64,000 nucleotides of DNA from Myxococcota bacterium (lineage in GTDB: Bacteria; Myxococcota_A; UBA9160; UBA6930): the NCBI GenBank assembly GCA_965223415.1, contig OZ245002.1, positions 320,001-384,000 of the forward strand, in the 5' to 3' direction. Position 1 is the stretch's first letter. The number at the start of each line of letters is the position of its first letter. A program made the translations under genes and the position numbers. Shown here in pieces: positions 20,743 to 28,800 of the stretch. The notes under the pieces are model-generated. The model did no database searches, was not told where the DNA came from, and saw nothing but the letters and a program-made list of their open reading frames with translations.

Positions 20743-21960
20743 TCACAGCCCGGCCCTCTCGGTGCCGGCGCCGGCCGGATCGCGGGCGACGCGCACCTTC
20801 ATGCCGTCGATGGCGCCGGGCAGCGGCGTCACACAGACGGTCTCGCCGGCCTCGAGGCCGGCGCCGATCACGACCTGGTCGCGCTCGAGCCGGAGCACGT
20901 CGACCGGGCGAACCTGGAGCGTGCCCTCGCCGTCGAGCACGAGCACGGCGCGATCCTCGTGGAGGGCGCCACGGGGCAGGACGAAGGCGTCGGGCACCTC
21001 GCGCCCGGCGATCTCTGCCCGGACGAAGAGGCCCACGGCCAGGGGCGGCCGCTCGGCCCGGGCGCCGGCCGCGTAGGGATCCTCCACCCGCGCCACGAGG
21101 GTGACCATGCGGCTCTTCGGATCGATCTCCCCCTCGGTGCGCACGATGCGCCCCCGCCACTCGTGGGCCCGCCCGGCGAACTCGGCCGAGAGCTTCACCG
21201 CCGGCCCCTCCTCGCCCGGTGCGCCGCCCGGCTCGCCGTTGGGCCGCGGCCGATACGTGAGGGGCAGGTCGAGGTAGCGCAGCTCGCGGTCGGGCACGGG
21301 CAGCCGGACCTCGGCCCAGTCCACCGCGTAGAGCTTGGCGATCGGCGTCCCCCGGCTCACGAACTGACCGACGTCGACCGCCTCGCTGCGCACGCGGCCG
21401 GCGTAGGACGCGTGGATCTCGGTGCGCGCCAGGTCCCGCTCCGCATTCTCGAGACGCACCCGCGCCTCGCGGAGGGTGGCCTCGGCGACCCGGTAGGCGT
21501 TCTCGGCGTCATCGATTCGCGCCTCGCTGGTGACGCCCTGCTCCTGGAGCCGACGTTGCCGGTCGCGTTCCTTGTGCGCGCGGGCCTCCTCGCTGCGAGC
21601 CCGAGCACGGGCGGCGCGAGCGCTCTCGACGGCCGCCCGGAAGTCCGCCGGGTCGAGCCGGACCAGCACCTCTCCCTGTTCGAAGAACCCCCCGGAGACG
21701 AGCGAGGGCGAGACCCACACCACCTCGCCCGCGACCTGCGGAATCAGATCGCTCTCGGTGCGAGGCACGACGGTGCCCTGGGCGCGCACGACGAAGCCGA
21801 AGGGCTCGGGCTTCGCGGTGACGACGTGGACGAGGGGCGCCAGCACCTCGGGCACCTGGGGCTCCGGGTCGTCCCGGGTGGCCAGCTGCAGGACGACCCC
21901 GAGCGCACCGAGGCCGAGGATGCCGACGGGGAGGAGCTTCTTCTTCGTGGCGGTGTTCAT
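20743..21960 (-). CDS. RND periplasmic adaptor subunit (membrane fusion protein)
   Basis: Start ATG 21960 overlaps the TetR stop. N-terminal TM, lipoyl half-motifs (PQVAGEV, ASYAGRV), coiled-coil hairpin. Confidence 0.92.
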   Translation of the reverse strand: MNTATKKKLLPVGILGLGALGVVLQLATRDDPEPQVPEVLAPLVHVVTAKPEPFGFVVRAQGTVVPRTESDLIPQVAGEVVWVSPSLVSGGFFEQGEVLVRLDPADFRAAVESARAARARARSEEARAHKERDRQRRLQEQGVTSEARIDDAENAYRVAEATLREARVRLENAERDLARTEIHASYAGRVRSEAVDVGQFVSRGTPIAKLYAVDWAEVRLPVPDRELRYLDLPLTYRPRPNGEPGGAPGEEGPAVKLSAEFAGRAHEWRGRIVRTEGEIDPKSRMVTLVARVEDPYAAGARAERPPLAVGLFVRAEIAGREVPDAFVLPRGALHEDRAVLVLDGEGTLQVRPVDVLRLERDQVVIGAGLEAGETVCVTPLPGAIDGMKVRVARDPAGAGTERAGL

Positions 21961-22643
21961 GACGAGCCCTCGCGCGCCGCGGCCGCAACGCCGCCGGCGG
22001 CGTAGCGGACGATCGTCGCCTGCAGGGCCTCGGCATCCGACGTCGAGAGCGGACCCACCTGCCCGTTCAGGGTGTGCACCAGCACGCCGACGCAGAGCTG
22101 GAGCAGCATGCGCGCCCGCTCGGGCTCGACCTCGGGCAGCGCCCGGACCAGGGCCGCGCAGAAGCGCTCGTTCACGGGACCGAAGAGCTCGCCCCGCAAC
22201 GCGGCGACGATCTCCGGCGGATCGATCCAGAGCCGCGTGACCACGTGTCGCAGCCAATCCCGATCGCGGTCCGAGACCTGGGCCGCCCGCTCGAAGGCGG
22301 GGCGGACGAAGGCGTCGAGCACCTGCTCGGCGGTCGGCGAGCCGGGCCGCGCATCGAGGGCATCGAGGAGCTCGAGCCTGCGGCGGTTGATGGGCTCGAC
22401 CCTCCGGCGCAGGGTGGCGCCGAGCAGCTCCAGCTTCGAGCCGAAGTGGTAGTTGGCGGCGGAGACGGCGGCGCCGGCGGCCTGGGTCACCGCCCGCATC
22501 GAGGTGCCCTCGAAGCCCCGCTCGGCGAACAGGCGCTCGGCGGCGTCCAGGAGCCGCTCCTTGGTGTCCGCGGCCCCGGCGGGCGGCCAATCGGAGCCCC
22601 GCTCGGAGGCGGAAGGGGCATTCGGGGCGGCGGATTCGCGCAC
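21957..22643 (-). CDS. TetR/AcrR family regulator (PsrA-like)
   Basis: GTG 22643 with GAGG RBS; TKERLLDAAERLFAERGFEGTSMRAVT..AG..VSAANYHFGSK. Confidence 0.9.
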   Translation of the reverse strand: MRESAAPNAPSASERGSDWPPAGAADTKERLLDAAERLFAERGFEGTSMRAVTQAAGAAVSAANYHFGSKLELLGATLRRRVEPINRRRLELLDALDARPGSPTAEQVLDAFVRPAFERAAQVSDRDRDWLRHVVTRLWIDPPEIVAALRGELFGPVNERFCAALVRALPEVEPERARMLLQLCVGVLVHTLNGQVGPLSTSDAEALQATIVRYAAGGVAAAAREGSS

Positions 22644-22683
22644 GTCTGACCTCGGTGGGAGAAGCGTTCGGACGTGGGCGCGC

Positions 22684-22712
22684 TCGAACAGTCGTTCCAA
22701 ACATACGTTCGA
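22684..22712. promoter_or_regulatory. Two overlapping PsrA-type TetR operator boxes
   Basis: TCGAAC-AGTC-GTTCCA and CCAAAC-ATAC-GTTCGA, 41-69 nt upstream of the TetR start; they resemble the (G/C)AAAC-N4-GTTT(G/C) PsrA box. Confidence 0.6.
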
Positions 22713-22788
22713 AACCCGATGGCGTCAACGGCGCCCATCCGAGGCCAAGAGTGCCCATCCGAGTCGGACGCGACCGGCTCCTCCCGAC

Positions 22789-23139
22789 TCAGCCGTGGAC
22801 CCAGACCGAGACCACGGCCAGGCCCCCGACGAGGCAGCCGAAGAATGCGAGCGCTCCCCCGCCCGCCCCCACGAGGCAGGGCGGCAGCACCCACTCCAGG
22901 TCGCCGGCGGGCAGCAGGCGGTGGTGGGCGAAGGGCTGGACCCACCAGCGCCGGGGCAGCCGTCCGGCCCGGAGCAGACAGGTCCGCAGCCGGACGTGGT
23001 AGACGAACGCGGCCGGCACCCCGATCGCCAGCCCCAGGACCGCGCAGAGCCCGGCCACCTGGATCAGCACGGTCCAGGGCACCCAGGCGAACGCCGCCAG
23101 AGCCCCGAGCAGGAGTGCGACGACGACGACCTCGAGCAC
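22789..23139 (-). CDS. Small hypothetical membrane protein
   Basis: Three hydrophobic segments; fills the gap between genes. Confidence 0.6.
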   Translation of the reverse strand: MLEVVVVALLLGALAAFAWVPWTVLIQVAGLCAVLGLAIGVPAAFVYHVRLRTCLLRAGRLPRRWWVQPFAHHRLLPAGDLEWVLPPCLVGAGGGALAFFGCLVGGLAVVSVWVHG

Positions 23140-23252
23140 ACCCTCTGGATCGGCGGCGCTACGCGGGGACTGAAGCCGGGGCCCTGCGGAGCGCCGGGGC
23201 CACCAGCGGGGACGCTTCTGTCATACTGCCTCCGCGCCAGGAGCCTCACTGC

Positions 23253-24218
23253 ATGTCCGCCCCTCCGGAATCCCGCGGCTCCTTCGCCGGCGCCTGGCTG
23301 CGTCGCCTGGGCCCGTGGGTGCTGGCCGCGGCCATCCTCTACTGGATCTTCTCGCTGGTGCCGGTGGACAAGGCCTGGACCGCCGCTGCCGGCGCCGATC
23401 TGCGGCTCTTCGTGCCCGCCACCCTGGCGGCGGTGACCTACTGGTTCCTGCTCGAGTCCCGGGCCTTCGCGTACCTGTTCAGCCGCTTCAATGCTCCCTT
23501 GCCCTGGGGAGAGGCGCGGTCCCTGCGCGGCATGACCTATCTGCTCACGCCGATCAACTGGAACCTGGGCAATGCTGCGATGATCGTGCACCTTCGCGTC
23601 ACCAAGGGCGTGAGCGCCCTGGCGGCGACCAGCTCCCTGTTCTTCTACGCGAGCCTCGACACCGTGGTTCTGGCCAGCCTGGTGTTTGCCGGAGCCGTTG
23701 CCCTGCCCGCGACGCCGACCACGGAATCGATGATGCGGATCGCCGGCACCGTCGTCGCCACCCAGGTCCTCTTCCTGGCCGTCCTGGTCTCCGGGCGGCC
23801 CGCCTGGCGACCGCTCGCGTGGCTGCGGGAGCGGCGCATCTTCGCGAGCTTCACACGGGCACGGCCGCGGGACCTCGGCGTGCTGGCCTCGATCCGCAGT
23901 GCCTACTTCGCGGGCTTCATCGTCTTCTTCTGGCTCGGCGCCCGCGCCTTCCAGATCGACCTGCCCTTCGCCTTCGCTGCCGCCGTGACGCCCCTCGTGA
24001 TGGTGGCGGGCGCACTGCCGATCACGCCGGCGGGCCTGGGCACCCAGCAGGCGGCCATGCTCTTCTTCTTCGAAGCCTACGGGGACCAAGGCGCCGTGCT
24101 CGCCTTCGGCCTGGCCTTTCCCGCGGCGCTGATCCTCGCGCGCCTGCCCATCGGCTTCCTGTACGCGCGGGAGCTCGCGTCCTTCCGCCGGTTGATCGCA
24201 GGCAATGACGCGTCGTAG
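23253..24218 (+). CDS. Lysylphosphatidylglycerol synthase TM / flippase-like membrane protein
   Basis: Start moved to ATG 23253 (AGGAG RBS); about 8 TM helices; LPITPAGLGTQQ signature. Confidence 0.8.
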   Translation: MSAPPESRGSFAGAWLRRLGPWVLAAAILYWIFSLVPVDKAWTAAAGADLRLFVPATLAAVTYWFLLESRAFAYLFSRFNAPLPWGEARSLRGMTYLLTPINWNLGNAAMIVHLRVTKGVSALAATSSLFFYASLDTVVLASLVFAGAVALPATPTTESMMRIAGTVVATQVLFLAVLVSGRPAWRPLAWLRERRIFASFTRARPRDLGVLASIRSAYFAGFIVFFWLGARAFQIDLPFAFAAAVTPLVMVAGALPITPAGLGTQQAAMLFFFEAYGDQGAVLAFGLAFPAALILARLPIGFLYARELASFRRLIAGNDAS

Positions 24219-24252
24219 CCGGGAAGAGAGGTCGCCCTCCGCCCAACGCCCC

Positions 24253-25773
24253 CTAGCCCATGCTTCGAATCGGCTGGAACCCAACCAGGGCGTCGCGATC
24301 TCCGCCGCTGCCGAGCCCGTGGCCCGGCAACACCTGATCGAATCGGCCCAGGTCGTCGTGGAGCGCCATGTAGTTCAGCACCACCGCCTCGGCCAGCAGG
24401 TCGACGTTGCTCGCGACGCGGGTCGCGCTCGTCTCGACCGAGCCGTTCGGGCGGTAGTAGCCGATCTGCTGGCGAGTCGGATCGGTGATCTGCGGGCGCC
24501 CGTTCGGGTCGTACACGAGCATGAACGTGGAGGCGGTCGACGAGTTGTCACCCCGCCAGCCGAACTTGCCGCGGCCGTCGCCGGAGTTGTCGATCTCGCC
24601 GTCGCCGTCCACGCTCCCGTCGCTGAACACGTAGAGCACCAGCGGCTGGGCGCGTCGGGCCGCGTACTCGAGCATCGCGCCCATCTGGACGCCGGCCTCG
24701 AAGTCGCGCACCTCGCCGGTGGCCCGGGTGCCGTCGTGGTAGTCGTAGCCTCCCGACTCGATCGTGGCGCAGCCGGCGAAGCCGTTCACCGTCAGCTTCA
24801 TGGCCGCAGCGGCCTTCCGGTTCTTCGAGGAGTTCAGCTCGTTATCGGTGAAGATGCTGTTGCCGGCACCCACGATGTCCACGTCCTGGGTCGGATCGAG
24901 GAGGTTCGGGTCTCCGTAGCGGCTCACCAGATCGGCGCTCTGGGTGTAGGCGCAGGAGATCAGGTCCTTCACCACCTGGTCCTCGGTCATCGTCTGCACG
25001 CGAAGGTTCGAGAGGCTCTCGATCGTGCCCATCACCGAAGCCGCGGCCTCCTCGTCGAGCAGGTCGACGAGCTTACCGGTGTCGACCAGGCCGCGGGCGT
25101 CGTCCTCGTCGGAGACCTTCGTCGGCCGCTTCGCCGGGTCGTACATCGACATCGGAGACTGGGAGCGGCCCCCGGAGTCGGAGCTCCGGGAGCCGATGAG
25201 GGTAACGAGGTCGCCGTCGGCTCCGGCCTTGTTGATGCCGAACATTGGATTGTGGGGATTGTTCCCCGTGTCGTTGTCCGAGCGCGCTGCGAAGACGACG
25301 CCGTTGACGTTGGCCCGGGTGGCCGCGGAGGTCTTCGACTGGATGCCGCGCAGGAACGGACTGTCCACGTGGAACAGCAGGCCGAGCTCGTTGTTCACCT
25401 GGGCCGGATCCGTCGGAAACATGCTCGAGGGAAGCCCCTGCTTCTCGTAGCCCTCCGGATCGAGGGGATCGAGCTGGCCGCCGGGCCCGCCAACGATCAC
25501 GTTCGAGCCGCTGGTGTTGGCGCCACCGCCCAGGTCCATGGTGATGAACGGGATCAGCCCGGCGCCGCCGGCGGCGATTCCGCACTCCGCCGCCGCCTGG
25601 GCAGCGGCCGGGCCGCTGCCCAGCAGGCCCAGCAGGCTCGGCGCCGCCGCGAAGGCGGCCCCGGCGATCAGACCCTGGCCGAGGAAGTCCCGGCGGGTCA
25701 CCAGCTTGTGGTCCGGCGGCCGCTGCAGCTCTCGGGCGCTCGTCTCGCCCCGGCGTGCCGTGGATTCGCTCAT
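24253..25773 (-). CDS. Tat-exported DUF1501-like protein
   Basis: Twin-arginine motif TRRDFLG plus hydrophobic stretch and AQA; DLGGGAN; GGYDYHDG, compared with the GGWDTH-type motif of DUF1501. Confidence 0.7.
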   Translation of the reverse strand: MSESTARRGETSARELQRPPDHKLVTRRDFLGQGLIAGAAFAAAPSLLGLLGSGPAAAQAAAECGIAAGGAGLIPFITMDLGGGANTSGSNVIVGGPGGQLDPLDPEGYEKQGLPSSMFPTDPAQVNNELGLLFHVDSPFLRGIQSKTSAATRANVNGVVFAARSDNDTGNNPHNPMFGINKAGADGDLVTLIGSRSSDSGGRSQSPMSMYDPAKRPTKVSDEDDARGLVDTGKLVDLLDEEAAASVMGTIESLSNLRVQTMTEDQVVKDLISCAYTQSADLVSRYGDPNLLDPTQDVDIVGAGNSIFTDNELNSSKNRKAAAAMKLTVNGFAGCATIESGGYDYHDGTRATGEVRDFEAGVQMGAMLEYAARRAQPLVLYVFSDGSVDGDGEIDNSGDGRGKFGWRGDNSSTASTFMLVYDPNGRPQITDPTRQQIGYYRPNGSVETSATRVASNVDLLAEAVVLNYMALHDDLGRFDQVLPGHGLGSGGDRDALVGFQPIRSMG

Positions 25774-25819
25774 GTTCCCATCTCCCGTCCCCTCGAGGTT
25801 TCGCTTCGGTTCTCCGTGC

Positions 25820-28800
25820 CTAGTGGAAGAGCACCGGTCCGCTGCTGATCACCGCCGTACAGGCCGCCTTGACCACGCTCTGGGTGTGCTCCCGGTCGCA
25901 GGCAGCCGGGCTCGTGCACTCCGTCGTCAGGTCGTCGATGAGCTGCACCAGGTGGGGTCGCGTCTGTGCGGTGTCCGGCTGGTCGGCCAGCCCGGTGCCG
26001 TAGAAGCGCTCCACCAGCCGATCCGCGATCAGCTGCTTGGCGCTCGGGTCCTGGAAGGCCGTGAACGTGTCGGCGCCGAACCTGAACCCGGTGCCGAACA
26101 GGTTCTCCCGGAGCGTCCTGCTCTCGACCATCCGGTCGCAGTATTCGATGCCCAGCTTGAAGGCACCGACCTGGTGCGCCGACACGAAGCCGCGGAGATC
26201 GTTGCTCCCCGGCAGCTGCTGGGTGAGGCCCTCGAAGGTGCGCTCCACGCTGCCGGTGTCCTTCGGAACGCCCGTCAGCACCGACATGGTGTCGTTGATC
26301 TGGTCGAAGTTCCGCAGGCCCGTCTCCGGACTCACCTCGGTCGTGAAGCCGCCGGGCACCACCGGTGCGTCGTTGTCGATCACGACGTCGGTGTTGTCCC
26401 CGAGGACCTCGAAGGCGATCGAGAAGACGTCGTTCGCCGGACCCTGATCCTTCGCGATCACCGAACCCAGGCTCGAGAGCGCCTGCGGCGACTGGCTCGC
26501 GACCGTGTCGATGGAGCGGAACGCCTGTCCCGCCACCGGCACCTGGCCGTTCACCATGATGCGGAGGTTCCGGATCGCGATCCCCGCACCCGTCGGGCCC
26601 ACGTAGGTGGGATGGCTGAACAGGTAGCTGAAGGGATCGTAGTCGCTGACCGTCATCTCGATCACACTGCCGGCCTGGCCCGTCCACTGGGAGACGTCGA
26701 AGCGCAGCAGGAACCGCTCCTCGAAGCCTGCCAGGGCGTGGCTCAGGATCTCCGCCGGCGTGAGGGCCCGCTCGTGGATGGCGGCGAAGTACACCTTGCC
26801 CTTCCACAGGCGGTTGTTCGTGAGCTCGTTGCCGATCGCGAACCGGTAGCTCGGGTTCCAGTTGTCGAGCGTGCCGCCGCCGTTGCGGTCGACATCGTCG
26901 GTCCACACGCCGTTCACGTAGACCCGGCGACCGTTGGTCTGGTCGAAGGTCATCACGACGTGCTGGAGCTCGGTCGCGAGATCCCGATCGTCGTCGTCCG
27001 TGTAGAGCGTCGGCGTACCATTACTGCTGATGCCCGATGCCCGGCTGCGGTTGCGCGCCGCGTACTGGTAGTTCTGCTGCCCGAGCATGAAGTTCCGGTT
27101 GTAGGGATCCACCGAGTAGGTGAGGATCCGCGCCGGACCTCGCTGGTCGATCTTCTCGGGGAAGACCCACGCTTCGATCGAGTACTCCTGGGTCCCGGTC
27201 GTCGGGTCTGCCAGCTCGTCGTAGAGCTTGCGGCTCAGCATCTGGCTGGCAACCGCCCGCCCGCTCTTGATCTCGATGCCGCCACCACCGAGCCAGTCGA
27301 CACCAGCCAGGCTGAGGTCGAGGGCGGGCATCACGCCACTGGTGTCGCGGGCGATGTTGCCGGTGCCTTCCTTGAACTCCCAGCGCGCGATCACCGCGTC
27401 GTCGTAGCGGAGGTTGCCGCCCCCCTCGACGCCGTCGGCCATCGTCTGCTGGCCGCTGGTGACGCTCTGCTGTCCGCCGCCGTTGCCGGTGTTGCCCACC
27501 AGCACGGCCCACATGGCGATGGCCGCCCGCATGGTCTCGGCGTCGTCGGCACAGTCACCCCAGCAGAAGTGGCCGTCTGCCAGGCGCTGGACCAGCCGCG
27601 AGGCATAGGGCTGGGTGAGGTTCACCTTCTGGGTGAGGTAGGTCGCGCGATAGGCGCTGGTCGGGTCCGGATGGGCGATGTCCGGCCGCCCGATCCCCGT
27701 GCTGCCGTCGTGGCAGCTCGCGCAGTACTGCGTGTTGAGGGGGTGCACGGTCTGGCTGAAGGCGTCGATCATGGCCTGCTCGACCGGATCCACACCACCC
27801 CCGGAGCCGCCGCCGGTGTTCCCACCACCCGTGTTGCCGCCGCCGGCGTTCCCACCGCCCGTGTTGCCGCTGCCGGAGCCGCTGCCGGAACCGGAGCCGC
27901 CTCCGGTTCCGCCGTTGCCGCCCACGGCTCCGCCGTTGCCACCGCTGGCCGTCGGGCCCGGGGGCGGGAAGCTCACCGGGTCCGGGCAGAGCTGTCGCAT
28001 GCCGCGCTTGCCCTTGCGCTTCCTCTGCACCGGGATCGGGTCCGAGAACTGGTTGGCCGCCGCGAGGCGCACGAAGCAGGGAACCGCCGCCGGCCGGATG
28101 TCGGTCCAGCTGAAGCGGCCCGAGGCGTCGGCGGTCACGGTCTGCAGCAGGGCGTCCGTTTCGGCGTCGCGGATCTCGACGTCCTGATTGGCGAGCGCAT
28201 GGTCGCCGACGACCATCAGGTCGTGGCGCTTTCGCTTCATCCGCTTGAGCACCGCCGAGCCCTGCAGGAGGGTCGGACTGCCGTTGCCGCACTGGAGCAC
28301 CGAATTGGTCACCGGGGTGCGCAGGCCGAGGTTGGCTCCGCTCCGCACCTGCACCTCACAGGGTGCCTGGATCGGCAGGAGGCACTCGCGAATGACCCGG
28401 CGCCGCTTCTTCCCGCGGCGTCGCTTGATCGTGCGGCACTGGCCGGTCGTGAAGGTGCCGTCTGCGGCCGCGATGACGGTGCCGACCACGAGCCCCGTGT
28501 CGGCGTCGATGATCTCGACGGTCGAGCCCGCCGAGGCACCGGCTCCGGTCACGACGAGTTGGCCCTTCCAGGTGTCCCACCAGGTCGCGTCGGAGATCCC
28601 GAAGCCGCTGGCAACTCCCTGGATCGCGATCTTCACGGTCTCCTGGTCCGACATCGCCGGGATGCCGTCGTCGGTGACGGTGAAGGTGACGACCACGCTG
28701 CCCGTGTTCGTGGCACCCGGCGTCCAGCTGAACATCGAGGTGCCGTCACCGTTGTCGGTGAAGCTCGCGCCCGCCGGAACGCCGGAGGCCGTGAAGCCGA

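Noticed and set aside
24253..25773. Type II secretion GspF label, which I recall being attached to similar proteins
   Set aside because: The protein has a Tat signal and no polytopic GspF/PilC membrane topology, and there are no T2SS genes nearby.
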